NCBI GenBank assembly: GCA_000320545.1
Contig: ADNK01003483.1
Location: forward strand, 49,885 to 113,884
Length of the DNA stretch: 64,000 nucleotides
From: Bigelowiella natans CCMP2755
Taxonomy: Eukaryota > Protista > Cercozoa
Reading direction: 5' to 3'
Positions 27,124 to 41,138 of this stretch are shown here, in pieces. The notes beneath the pieces are model-generated. The model worked only from the letters and a program-made list of their open reading frames with translations. It made no database searches and was not told the origin of the DNA. Position numbers and translations under genes: made by a program. Within the stretch, counting starts at the first letter, position 1. Every line of letters starts with the position of its first letter.

Positions 27124-30100
27124 GGTATGACGATTTTTGTTATCACTAACCACAGGGTTTGTTGCTCCGACAGATACACCCAAGAGCATAGAATCTAAAA
27201 GCATTTTGCTAGATTTTCTGCAGAACGACGGGAAGAAACACACGTACACACAAAAACCATGGAAGCGATCGATTATGTCTGCACAAGCACGGAGGTTGAT
27301 CATAAGGTGATAGTTTACTCGCTTTCGAAGAAATCGCTCATCTTGTCCACAACTTCCTCTGCAAAAATCGCAGGATCCTTCAGCCTGATAGCAGATAGTA
27401 TAGGTGATTACCATGGTGGACTCTTCTTAAAAGTAGAGAGAAGGTATGTAGTACCATTCTAGCAACGTCGATATTTCACCGTGCGTTTCAATCTATGGGC
27501 GGACAAGAAATATATAGTATCATTAACAATGCTGGACGGTGAATATTTTCGTTACGATTTCTTCCAGTATTTCATCAGTAAGTTCCTCGCTCTGTTTCTT
27601 TCCATCTGTATCCGAAACACTCATCATTTAGGACAATTACAATTTTCTTTAAAGTCATTCACCAGCATTGCCACTGAGATGAACCGGTGAGGTAGAAAAC
27701 TTATGATGATGGCGCTGGTCCTTTTGCCATCTAATTATAATATATATTGGCTTCTTCAGACAAAATAATTATGTTTTAGAAATTACGATCAACGTGCTTA
27801 CGAGAGAATCTTCTCCTGCAAATCCTTGTCTTCGCATACCTATGAATAGCATTCTCTATTTAGTCGATATCGTGAAAATATTAGTTTTATCCAGCAGTAC
27901 GCACCTTATCTAGATGCAAGAAACTCAAAACGCCCTCAACAAGAATCTTCGGAGTAATTGTCATTCCTTTGCACTTCATTGGATACCCTGGTAAATATTG
28001 ACGCACGCTATCGTATGCCCGTTCACAATAGCTGCCAAACATCAATATTAACAAGTTAATGACAATGATCATGATACACAGAAAGTAACGTTTTTAGCAT
28101 TCTGATTTCTTTGGATAGTACAAAAATGGCTTTTGCAATAAGTGTGTTGTGTCAAAACGACTGATTTTGTTACTCTGAGTCCTCAAATGTCGAAAAGATT
28201 TCCTTCTTTAGTCTCTTCTCCTCCTTTTCAAGGTCCTTGTACGTTGACAACAACAAAATTCAAGTTTCAGTGTGCTCCCATTTCGAAAATATGCAAAGAT
28301 AACGGGGGCTCAGACCATTATCGATTGCTTCCCTCTGAGTTTTGATGAAGTTTTGGGGGACCCTAGTTATTTATTTTCCAACCAAATTAATACATAAGCA
28401 TTGGTTTTCACAAAATACCGCAACCTTTTTCTTGGAACGCCCTTAAAATCATAATTCTATCACGAAGCGCGGTCAAGTAATGAAGTTTCAGCTTGTTGCC
28501 ATCCTCCTGAGAACAAGCAATATGTTCCGAGTTCATCAAACGACAGAGCCTTTGTTTCAATATCAGCTTTTCAGATACAGCAAAGAAGTATTTAATGGCG
28601 CCAACGAACCCCTTCCTCAAGACTGTTGTACAGATTTCTGAATCGCTTCACTGCAAAGTAAGAATGTTCCAAAGCCGCTCGTCGGTGCCTACAGAAGACA
28701 ATTCCGCCAATCTCAAGACCTTACTCTACAAAGATGGTTTTGATAGAATATGCATTTCTAACTTCATTTTCTCCTTATGCTTCATTCTTGTCAGTTTGGA
28801 TTCAGCCAAACGGTAGTTAAGGATAGCATAGGCGCCTGCGTATATTGTTCAATGAGTAACGATTGGGATGCAGAACATGAGATTGGCGATTTTATAATAC
28901 CGGGCTTGATTGCATTCTCTACGGAAGCTTCTTTTCCATCGTTTACATACTTCCGGAGTTCGGATTCCTCTCTTTCCAAGCAAAGCTCATGAACCATGGA
29001 AACTACTTTTCTTACGATACGATTCCTTTTATCGAAAACACCATTTTATGAGGATGTTTTACCATTGAAAGGCTTTAGACTTACCACTGATCGTTATCTT
29101 TTATTTCCACGTCTCGATTTCCTTTTCTGTTCATTTTGGATCTGTTTGGGTCATCGTAGAATCATTAACGAACGAATCAGTCAAATATATTCAAAATCGA
29201 AATAACTACCGTACCTTTTAATCGTATTCTTGATTTCATCAAGCTCAAGGAGCTCCTCTGTAGTAAACTCTTTGATGTCCTTATGGTGAGGGCCTAAGTA
29301 CGATGTGTATTGGCAACAATTAAATAAATAGACTAAAGATCTTTAAAATATTTAGATCTTTCAGAAGTTTTTTGAGAACTTACTAAAAGAAGCTTCGGTT
29401 GCAAGCTTCAACGGCTGAACGTGAGATCTGAAAACTTGATATTCTTCGCTCTCTAGCCCTAACAAGGGATATTATTGATAATTCATTTTCTCTCGGATAA
29501 AAATAATTAAATGCGATCAATGTGACCTTCCAAGACTTTTGGCTTTTCATTGTATTTGTACTCAGCGTTCTAAGATTAAAACAAGATAGACGTCTTTAAT
29601 ATTTAAATCATATAAATAACATGTATTACTTAGAGAGAAAGTACTGATTCTACCTTTTCAAACACAATGTCGCGAACTCCAAAATAAAACCTCAGAAACT
29701 CTCTTTCAACTCTGATGAGCTTTTCATACAAATTTTTTGAGGGGCAACTGATGGCTTGATGCTGTACCGTAACCTGAAAAGTGTCGGAAAAAAGTCAAGA
29801 ACATATGAACTTGCAAGTCGGCACCAAATCGAAAGCTGACCAAACAAATCTTCGGAGATGTAGCCTTTCCCTTTTTCACACGAACATCGAGTGCGATAGC
29901 CTGCAAAATATACCACTCTGACATCACCCAATACCGTTGACAACAACACAAATTTAGCGAGTAGTACCTGCTCTTTGACGATGACACAAATCTTGTTTTG
30001 TAATTCCATTGCAAAGAGTTGAGGGTACTGCACATCGCAATTCAGAAAACGAGGCCATTGACGCAAATCAATCTTCATTTTTCTTTACAAATTACAGTAT

Positions 30101-32971
30101 TTGGAGACACGTTTGATATTATAAGATTGATCTACGTAAAATCAAAATGATTTAGGCATAGCGAAATGTCTTCTTCTTCAACTACCTTCAGAGACTGATT
30201 TAACTGGATGGTGAAGGAAAACTGATAAACAGGGCTTACGCGTATCAAGTACTGGTAATGTTTCCGTATCTACACAAATTTATTGTTTTGTAGAGATAAG
30301 TATCCTGTCGCCATTACTTCGCAAATTACCCAATGAAATGATTCAACCTTCTTTTGATCTGTAATGCTAAGCAATTCGCCTTTGCCTCTCCCACGAAGTT
30401 CAACCTTCCAAGTAGTACGGTACGGTATATGAGATAACAACCCAATCACAATCCACTCTTCCTCACAAACACGCCGAATATGTTACGCTTAGATACATGT
30501 GCAAATTGAATACCCAGATTCGCTCGTACAGTTGTGGTGCGTACATGCGTGTGTTGTCATAAAATATGCAGAATAAGCTGGGTGATCCCATTTCTACGTC
30601 ACCATCATTAGATTATTAGTTTGTATACCCCGAGGATGGTTGCAAAACGGTACTCGATGATTTTTTGTTGATCTACATCAGCGATCATCTGCACCATGTC
30701 CCCCCTTGCAAGCGCGATGTTTTCCTGCGGCATACCAGATCTGAACAACTCATTTATATACGTCAAGTAGGTCGCCGTTCTCCTGCCTTCATCTTTCCTT
30801 TTGTACATAGCTACGACCGAGAGACGAACAAAACGCTTCACGATAAAGGATACTTCTTCAAATTTCAAAATGTCCCCGATTGTATCCTCGAGGAATACAA
30901 TCTCATTTTGGATCAATTTTGCTTCCTTCTCTCTAATCTTGTACTTATGATCTAATAGTTTCTCTCGTAGCGGCATGCCTTCTTCGATTGTGGAGCGAAG
31001 AAGCAACTTTAGGCCATAGTTAAATGCATCAAGTACACTCCAGGAGTTGTAAACGTCCAGACATGTAGTTTCGAGAAGACAAGGAGTCCCAAATTCATCT
31101 CTTTCATCAAGAATTTTCTTCTGTCTGAATAGCGTTCTTTGTACAAATTCATTCATTCTAGCTGTTTCTTGAAGAATGGCATTGGTAGTGGCAGTTTGGA
31201 CAGTAGGTCTAACTTGAATGAAATCTTTTCTATGCTTCAAATTTGCAACTATGTGGATCCGGTAGTGAAGGCGCTTCTTCGAGCTATCTTCCCTCGAAAT
31301 AACATTTTCTTCATAGTCATGCACCCCATTTTCTTCTTTGAAGTAAACCCCCTGCAACTTAGGCCACTCAATCTCCAACAATCTCTTAATAAGGAACATA
31401 AGGATTTTCTCTCTCTTGTAATAGAAGGCATAGTGGATAGGAATCCATCCATTTACATGATCAGGTTGGGTAAGTTTAGCTTTAAAAACGTCGACAAGGA
31501 ACTCAACACAAGGCAGATGCCCTCCGGCTATTGCTAGAGTCAGGGCAGTGTGGCCTTGACTATCGACCTCGTCGACGGGATATTTTGGATCCTTGCAGTG
31601 GATATACCATAGAATGTGCATATGTCCGTTTGCAGCAGCAAGCATTAGCGTATTCCCTTTCCGTTTATTTTTTGTCAAAAGATGTGCATCGTTTGCCTTG
31701 ATTGGGGTCTCAACGAGATCGTTGAGTTCTCCATTCAGTAAGCACATTATGCTCAACCATCCGTTCTCAGCTGCGTGCATCATTGCATCATAGCCATCAG
31801 CATCCTTGAAAATTAATGAATACAACAATAAGAACAATAAGATGTATTGAGCGAATAACAAGCAAAAAACTACCCTCATGAAAGGATCAGCGTGGAGATT
31901 GAGCTCTGTTTTGTTGAAAAGGGATTCCTCTTTCTGCTTCTTGTAGGTTCCCTCTTTCATCTTCTCTGTCATCAGAGTCTTAACAAGTTCGAAGAATCCC
32001 AACCTTGCCGTTTTCATTAGAACTGTCTCTCTCAGTTCTCTAGATCTCCAATTACAGTTCGCAAGTTTGAGTAACTTCTCAAACTCCACTATGTCGTAGG
32101 AATCTTCTTGGACATGAGTGTACAGCTTTCTTGAGTGCCGCACGCCAAAATCTTCATCATCAGCGTCGCCAGCCTCGTCAAATCTATCCATCCTCTTCAA
32201 CTATTTAGTGCAGTAAAGTGATTGCCACCCGTTTGCTCTCTAAACTCTGGTTTTTGTATTTGCTCTCTTGCAGAAAGAATCTTGGGGGAGAGAGCAGTCA
32301 CGAGCTTACTTACCTACCAAGAGATCTGCCTTTGCCGTTAGAGCTACTTTCACATGCCATTTTCACTAAGCGTCAATACAAAACACTTCAAATTGACTAT
32401 CACATCAAACGGATGCAACAGGAAACCCAGGAAACCTCGAAAATTAACATTAGGTGGCCTCACATCCCTGACGTTCAAACAAAATTGAGGTGGATCTTGT
32501 CGATGTTCTCTAGATTCTTGGATCTTGCGATGTTCCTACTGCAGTTCATGTATCTCTGCTACGACGACATTGTCCTCGGAATCCACAGATGATTTTCATC
32601 GGGACACAAAAGAGTTTGGTTTCCGTGTGGGTCCCGAATTACGACGTCATCATCTGTTGGCTATTTGCTGAAGGCTGAAATAGTGAATCGCTATCTGTTG
32701 TCCGGGAAACATCGTATAATTATTGTCTAATTGGAGACAAATTCGCCAAAACTTCCGCTGCCACCCCCTTCTTCGCTTTCGATCTCTCTGCAGGTTCAGA
32801 AGAAGGGTCCTGCCCTCTGTCACGTCGGCCACCCATCTCCCCATTTCCCAACCCTTCTTTGGTTAATATGTCTTTGGTCGAGCCACCTCCGCATCTGCGA
32901 GTTTTAAAAACTCTCTGATAGATACAAATACAGTTTGACTTGGGAGGGGTACATGACGCAGGGCCAGACAT
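20886..32971 (-). CDS. Very large ankyrin-repeat protein with a long helical middle, a possible SAM-like segment and an acidic C-terminal tail (dozens of exons)
   Basis: Ankyrin repeats lie in the 30608-32200 ORF (TVLMKTARLG, DAMMHAAENG, NTLMLAAANGH, TALTLAIAGGH, IPIHYAFYYK); this ORF reads through a 69-nt in-frame intron at 31805-31873. A mostly phase-consistent exon chain can be followed from about 30.4 kb to 28.4 kb and from 27.6 kb to 20.9 kb, ending GEYDEDEDEGDDEEDYDDEEGN* (stop at 20886). The start (MSGPASC, 32971) and a few junctions are tentative, so a split into two genes cannot be excluded. Confidence 0.65.
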
Positions 32972-33088
32972 ATTTAATTCATTTTCTATTGAGTAGAGCG
33001 TATTCGTTTGGTGCTTTAGATGCGAATTCAATTTGAGTTTAGTGAATGTGGTCCTGTGTTCTTTAACTGTAGCAGGGCTCTTATTGCA

Positions 33089-33229
33089 ATGAGTGCAGCT
33101 GTTTTCTCAAACACCACTCTCCACCACCTAAAGGGCAAAGGAAACACAGAAGCAGCACCAGCATCAACTACAAGCGCGATGAACTATAACCACCGTCATT
33201 CGCAGAATCATCAACAGCATTATCGTGAG

Positions 33230-33264
<35 letters not shown>

Positions 33265-33792
33265 GAAGCTTGATCCTAGAGATAGGACTCAAGAGTTTCT
33301 AGCAGCCGTCACAGAATGTGAAAGACAACGGGGCATAATACAAGGAGGAGGAAGAGGGGGAGAAGTAGGAGGAGGAGGAATTCAGGGAAAGGGCCTGGGT
33401 CATCAGCATATTCAAAATAAAAGTCAATCAAAGAATGGGTAGTGTCAATTAATGCACTTTATTCTATATATTTAATACATTATATTTCTAATTAATTTTG
33501 ATTGCTCCTAGGTTTCAATATCACCATGCATCTGCAGCAGCGGGAAGGGGAGGAATGGGGACAGAGTCTCACATAAGCAATAATCGTGATGATCCTCCAA
33601 TACACGCTGCTACAGCACATATGCAACAAAGCAGTAGTTCCATGTTAGTAATAGCATTAGTAGCAGTAGTAATAGACTCATCTACACACACCGATTATTG
33701 CAGCATATCATTCACTAACTCGTAGAATAGCACATTGAATAATACATGCTGTTGTATTTGTATAATATGGTGTGGGGTTGGCGGTGCTGGTG

Positions 33793-33875
<83 letters not shown>

Positions 33876-34597
33876 GTGCCAATAAGAATATCGCTGATAT
33901 TCCAAACACAACAACTAAAGGACCGAGTTCTTGAAAGCAGCTGCACACATCGAAAAGGGAATACAGGTTGGTTGACGGTCCTATGACTATGGCAAATTAC
34001 TTACTATTATGATCATGATGACGTTCATGTTTGATGGTGGGAAGTAGGTAGCGGTAGTAGTAGTTCACACGTGAGAGGAGTGATGGTGGGAAGTAGGTAG
34101 CGGTAGTAGTAGTTCACACGTGGAGGAGGAGTGTACCTTGGTGATGGTGACAGCGAAATATAATGAATGATGACTCTCTTTTACACTCCTTCGCAGGTGA
34201 CTAAAGCACGCGTGGAGGAAATGAAAGCGCTGAACAATCGAAGATCTGTATTCAACGATAGAGAAGAAGAAGACAAGATCGCAGAACTAAGGCATCTAGT
34301 TAACAAGGTCTATTATACAACACTACTGGACTAGTACAATTGATTCCTTCATCATCTTCTTCTTCTTCTTCTTCTTTGTTTTTGCTTTTTATTCTTTAAT
34401 ATGTTTATGGTCTTGCTACTAGGACTTTGCTGCTTTAGGAAACGACATTGAGCTACTCGATCAAAGTGCGAAGAATAAGCCGCAACTTGCCCAGGTTGAT
34501 GATGATTTGAAGGATGATGATGTAAAGAATCAACAAATCTTGAGGCTGGTGCTGTTTATCGAGCATGCTCTCTCCTTTCTCTTTGTATATGTGTGTC

Positions 34598-34654
<57 letters not shown>

Positions 34655-35093
34655 GAGTATATCATATTTTTTTTATGTTTAAATTTTGCCGACAATCTCG
34701 AAAGCTGTCGTTCTGCTGCATACGTGTACAATAAGCAGTGATGCTATTACTCATCATCATAATTTACATCTGCAGCACAAAACTACAAGGTCCCATACAG
34801 AAGCAGTCGTGAGTGGTTTGAAAGCAACAATAGCACAGGTTCTTGCTTAAAGTAGTGTATTGTAATAGTGTGCTGCTGACGGGGGGGGTGGTGAATGGAA
34901 ATTGTGTCTCGAAGTAACCCTTCCTCTTCTTTCTCTGCTGCTACGTGTGTATTATTAATCATCGAAATATTATCATAATGATACTATGTGTGGCGGCGAA
35001 GATACCAAACCCAAGTTTCTTCTTCTTCTCTCTCTCTCTCTCTTTCTCTTTCTTCTTTCAAGCAGTAAGAGAGAGAAGTGGCTGTCTGTGAGT

Positions 35094-35129
<36 letters not shown>

Positions 35130-36276
35130 ACATGTACGTCTCTCGGTTATGTATCTATTCACGCATGCAAGGATATATATCTTGATAAGCCCTCCTCCTC
35201 CTCCTCCTCCCCCTCCTTCTCACCCCTTGCCTTGCGACGACTCATTTTTCTTCTTTCAACTCATATTAGCATGCAGATAGAAATACGGTGTTGCCATCGT
35301 CGTCGTGGGCATTATTCAGCTGAACAAGCAAATAATAGTACATATTGTCAATTATAGGCAGCGAAGGATTTTGCCGAAATTCTCCAAAAACAAAATAAGA
35401 GACTTCAGGTGTCGAGTGATATGTGCTTCATCGAAGACGCACAGAGAAAGGACGGGGGGGGGGGGGGGAGCATTAATATCCATCACCTCTGGCCAATCAT
35501 CATTATATTCTGAGGATACTATTGTCACTGACTTACTCGTGAATACAAACATGACACACCATAGGAAGAAAGCAGTAGACGGTCTCGATTTGAGAGCTCC
35601 GGCTCGGTGGGGAAACTTAGAATGAGAAGGTAGTAAGTGTAGTAGTATTGTGTGAGAAGATAATTACTATTTTTAAGACGACGACGATGATGATGATGAT
35701 GTAAAACGATGTAACAGGGATACGATTTTAATTTTGAGCAATACAATATTGATGGGTTGTTATCATTCTTCATATGGTAATAACAGTGTTATTAACGTCT
35801 CTCCTCCTCTTTCTCCTCCCCTCCTCGCCAACAACACCCACTACCACCATCATCGCCACCAGACGTGCAGTTGACGGATTTTGGACGCGAAAGAATCAAG
35901 CAACGCACTCAGAACAGATGCGTTTGCAGCAATTGCAGGTACTAGTAATGGAAGACAATGAAGAAGAAGAAGAAGAAGAAGAGAAAGAGAGATTCTCTTC
36001 CAAGCTTTGGTTTTGACATTACACGAGTAGTTTGTGATAATTGAACAATACACGAGTAGTAGTTTGAGATTGATGTGCCTTGTGACATTGATAAGGGTTG
36101 TGATAGTGGTGGGGAAATATATGGAAGAAGTATCATTAGTGTGTTAAAGGGTTTTTGATTTATCCCACAGCAATGGTGAGTCACTCATGAATGATAAACA
36201 ATATACGTGATAGCAGCAGTAGAGGGAGGAGAATCAACGATTCACTTCCAATTAATTGCTAATGGGATATGCTAGT

Positions 36277-36307
<31 letters not shown>

Positions 36308-37423
36308 GTCGTCGTCGTCATCGTCATTACTATACATAAATGCCTCCTCTTTATCTGCTGCTCCTAAGCAACAGAACCGAAAACAAATACCTGGATCGAA
36401 GGGCTACAGCTATTCAGAATATAGAATCAACTTTGGTGATGACGACGACGATGATGATGATGATGATGACGACGATGGTGATGGTCGTGATAATTATCAC
36501 AGTGATGCTGATGATGCTGTTGTTGATGATGACGATGATGATGAGGGAATCATAATAATGATTACAATTATAAAACGAAGATCCGTATGAGTAGAAACCA
36601 ATGAGTATAGATAGGTAGGTGGATATCATTCGCAATAATCAAACACAAATGAAAGATTACAACCTCTCCTTCATCTTCATCGTCATCATCATCATCTTCT
36701 TCTTCTTCTCCTTCTTCTGTTTTATAATCTCAACTACTACTCTTACTCAGAATGAACTAGGCACTGTGTACAGTAGAATGGCAAACATAGTTGCAAGCCA
36801 ACAGGAGGTATGATGACGATGATGATGATGATGATAATGACGATGATGACTACAACATAATGATAATAACGATGGTGGCCATAGTATTTAATATGATGGC
36901 GAATAAGGCTTCTAACAATGCTACTGCTGCGTCTTCGTCGTTGATTGAATAACCATCATCAGATCGCAATTAGGATAGACGAAAACATGGCAACAACAGT
37001 ATTACAACAACAACAACAACAACAACAAATAACGAATAAATACTAAACCTTTTCTGGTCCCAAATGGAGCACAACAAGCAACATTTGAAAATGAGATCTT
37101 TGATTTTCTTCTCCTGTGTTGGTTGTTTTTATGACCCTTAACTGATGCTTTGTTGTTACATTCGTTGGTGATATTGCAATGACGACCAATTAGGTTGAGC
37201 AAACAGAAATGGGACACAACGAGCTTATCAAGTAAGCAGAGGCTAAAAACACTCAAGCAGCAGTTTCTTGGAGCTTGCTCAATTATCACGCTGTGACTGA
37301 CTGATATATTATATTAGGTACTTCTCTGCAGTCTCAGGAAACCGCAGCCTCATCTTGAAAATATTTGGCATTCTCATAGCAATAACCATATTGTTTACGT
37401 ATCTGCAATCGTCGAAGCAATGA
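33089..37423 (+). CDS. STX5: Syntaxin-5 / Sed5 / SYP3 Golgi Qa-SNARE (multi-exon)
   Basis: N-terminal RDRTQEF motif; Habc exons (TEFLKAAAHIEKGIQ, VFNDREEEDKIAEL, HTEAVVSGL, DFAEILQ); SNARE motif AIQNIESTLNELGTVYSRMANIVASQQEIAIRIDEN; C-terminal TM NRSLILKIFGILIAITILFTYL, stop at 37423. Confidence 0.9.
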
Positions 37424-37727
37424 TAGTCTGTTGTCTTGAAAGTGAGGGTTAGAGCATGTATATATCATCATATTGTCGTGTTTACAGTGAGTTGAGTTGA
37501 TCGTCGATGATGCATGCCAAAATCATTAAAAGTTCTCTGCCAATGCACAACGTGTTTAGTAATGACAATTGATGAACAATGATGATGAACGTCCGTACCA
37601 ATGCTCTACAGTGGCAATTAATAATTGCAGGATCGAATGCCGAATGCATGTCCAGAGCATCTTAGCTAACACGTGTACTTTCATTGTAGCCAGTGGCGTA
37701 ACTAAATAACAATGTCTCCCCACGCTA

Positions 37728-37946
37728 TGAGACGGATGCAATGAGTATGTTAAATTATTTTATATTTTGTTGTCATCCTAATGTAGCTGTGCAAAGCCGC
37801 GGCTAATATACACATGTGTATATGTACATATGCATAGTGCACATGTACAAATGCGCAAGCATCCGTCGCTTTGCTTAGCAATATGTTAAAATGACTACTG
37901 ATCGAAAACATGTGATTGTTTCATTATATCTGTCTCTCTCTCTCTA

Positions 37947-37985
<39 letters not shown>

Positions 37986-37989
37986 TATT

Positions 37990-38034
<45 letters not shown>

Positions 38035-38253
38035 TGGACCGCAACGACGAGAAAAAAGGCCTCTCAAACACAAAAAAAAAGAGCTCGCACTGCTGCGCGC
38101 TTTCTCATGCTTGCAACACGCTAGCACGCTACACGTGATAATAGAAATAAATAAAAACAAATAGATACAACTTAAGCGCTGTAGCCGCTGCTTTCCATAG
38201 CTACATTAGGATGACAATTGAAAAAATTGAAACATTTCATTGCATCCGTCTTA
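37728..38253. mobile_element. MITE-like non-autonomous element with imperfect terminal inverted repeats of about 70 bp and a TA target-site duplication
   Basis: Left end TGAGACGGATGCAATGA...TTGTCATCCTAATGTAGCT is inverted at the right end as AGCTACATTAGGATGACAA...TCATTGCATCCGTCTTA. TA flanks both ends (37726-37727 and 38254-38255). No coding capacity. A TA TSD is characteristic of Tc1/mariner-derived MITEs. Confidence 0.7.
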
Positions 38254-38257
38254 TATT

Positions 38258-38289
<32 letters not shown>

Positions 38290-38479
38290 AGCAATTATGG
38301 CGTGCCAATGGTGGTAAGAGGCAGTGTTTAGAAAATGATTTTTGTGCTGTGTGACTGTAATATTTGGATTGCATGCTTAAGTCATGATAAATACGATATT
38401 TAGAGTATTATATCGTACAATATATACACAGTAAATTATAAATGTCTATTGTCGGTTGGCCGTCGTTCATCGATCATCC

Positions 38480-39831
38480 TCACGCACCTCTACATATCTG
38501 ACGCATTCTCTGTATGAATACTTCTCGATTGCTATCTGAAAGCTTCGAGAACCCACAAAGCGAGTCCATGTGAGTGCTCGGTGTTACTACAGTTTCATTG
38601 CTGCTATTGCCCCCACCTCCCAACATCCACACAGCAAGCTGTCGTTGTCTGATCATGATGAATGAGAAGATGAGAAGTTTGAGAAACGATATATCATTCC
38701 ACCGAGTCAGTCAGCAGAGGCAATAATAATGCAAACATTTCTTCGATGATACTCCCAACAATGTAGCTGTGATGAGGTGGCTTTTGAAAAGGGACATTAC
38801 TTTATAACAAAGTTCTCCACCGTAAACCAATCGTATGAGCGTATGTTCAGATTTGGATACGACAGTCTGCGAGGTAGTCGCAGTATAATAACATGAGTAA
38901 GGCGAACACGACAACAACAACGGCGAGAGGAAATATGCTATTGCATCTACCACCTAATCTTAACGTCCGTTCCGATTTATTCCTTTTCTATTACATAACG
39001 CCACGCTACTATTCTTACCTAGTACTTTTAATATTTAATAAACTGAAGAGCCCACATAAATAATATTAAATAAACCGAAGTAGGCATTTCATTCTCTACT
39101 CGCTGATACCACTACTACCACTACTGCTGCTGCTACTACTGCTACTACTACTACTGGGATCTACCCAAGACACAGGTCCCCAGGAAGAATACGCGTTTGA
39201 TCAAATTTGCAGGTTCTTGGACGGGGAGCGACTTCAATTCGCCAGCGATTCTATAGAGAAAGGAAATAGAGAGAAAAGAGAAAAGAGAAGAGAGAGAGAG
39301 GGAGAGGGAAAGAAACGATGAAGAGAAGAACTAATAACAAGAGGCACTTGATGAACGATGACTAATAGCTCAAGAATAGGCTCATCAGTAGAGTCACCCT
39401 TACATGGATAAGCAATGTAAAGGACACAAGGCGATTGGTAATACCAGAACTGACGCAACAGTAGCATTGCATCGACTTACGTGCAACCTAATCATCATTT
39501 AGTAGTTGTGGTAGGATATAACTAATTGTAGCAGCAGCAGCAGCAGCAGGAGGACACTTAGATGATGCAGTAAGTAGAGTAAGTACCAGTAGTGGCGATA
39601 GTATGTAGTAGTGGTAGTGGTAGTTTCTCGTTCAATCATATCTCATAAAAAACATCGTCATTCGAAAAGACAAAGAAGTAGAGCACTGCGTCCTCCCCCC
39701 CTCCCCCTTTCATCCTTCTCTCCGCTTTTCCTTCATGAAAGCTCATATCTCCATTGAGCTATCAACAAGCACTTGCATCATTTCCTCATCTTCCTCGATT
39801 TTACCATATTATTAAATTCTGCCTTGTCTTC

Positions 39832-39863
<32 letters not shown>

Positions 39864-40069
39864 CTTTTGTTTCTACTCCTTCTTCCTACTGATGATTGTA
39901 TTTGTAGCAGCTGCAATATCCGCAAATGCACTCGAAAGCAGAGGCCGTCCCGATCAATTTACGATGTTTCCTAAGTTGTTGGTAATGAACAGCACGATTA
40001 TCACTTAAAATGACGACGATGATGATGGCGATTCGATCATATGTACGCTTTCAATGATTGTAATTAAGC

Positions 40070-40137
<68 letters not shown>

Positions 40138-40371
40138 AGTTGTTGTAGCTTACAGTAGATGGGCCTCGAGCATCTTCGTGGTAAACGACTGATAACCGCA
40201 ATCTAAAGCCCAAACAGCAGACACACATCGTAATCATATACATGCTTGGCGGTGATAACACACGTTCAAGGTACTGATATGATGATTAAGATGACAATGC
40301 CACTATCTCAAAAGTGAAGAAATCTCGTGATGCATTTTTACACCATCAGATATCGATTAGGAAGGCATATA

Positions 40372-40411
<40 letters not shown>

Positions 40412-41101
40412 TTATAATCGAATGTGAATCATGTTGGATCATCTTAACGGAGCAATATTACTGTCAAATTGGGTCGTTGTAAATAAATATCATCAAGAGT
40501 ACCAGAGATACACGGTGGAGTGAATAATCTATTGCTAACGTGTTAGCATGGCAGCAAAAAGCACCTTTTTTAAGACACACATATCTAAAATGCTCCTGAT
40601 GATAGAAGGAAGAGTTGCCTCCCATATATTTCTTTCCCCGTTCCCCACGTTTGGTAGTTGAGTCGATGTCGTACATTGAGGACCAAAGAGTAGCAAACTG
40701 AGGACAGAAGTCACAGCATTCAATTGCCATTAGAAGACATTGTTTAGAGGAGATAACACGATATACACAGAATAGCTTTGGCGTGTTCTCTTCCTTGACA
40801 CCATTTCATATTTAGAATCGTTATTTTGTGATGTTTTCTTGATTGCTACACTACTGATAGGTTGCAGCAGGATCCTCTGCAATGGGGGTTTTTCAGCGTA
40901 AGATACGGGGGATTGAGCTCGTGCCGCCTCAAGTGGAATTCCAAATTCACTATGTAACCAACAACACAGCAGCGACGAAGAACAACAACACTTGAAATAT
41001 ATCGTGAAGTCCTCGATGCGTGATGCAAGCTTCAGGTCTTTAAGATCGCATGCTCAAGCATCATCAGAATTCATTTATCGAGGGGCGAGGGTTTTGATGT
41101 A

Positions 41102-41138
<37 letters not shown>

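Noticed and set aside
30608-32200. 530-aa ORF as a complete single-exon gene
   Set aside because: It starts at a splice acceptor (TTG), contains a hydrophobic 69-nt in-frame intron and ends just after a donor site.
27300-33000. Microsatellite-free block as an endogenous virus or Polinton insertion
   Set aside because: It resolves into spliced exons continuous with the ankyrin gene; no capsid, integrase, polymerase or ATPase motifs were seen.
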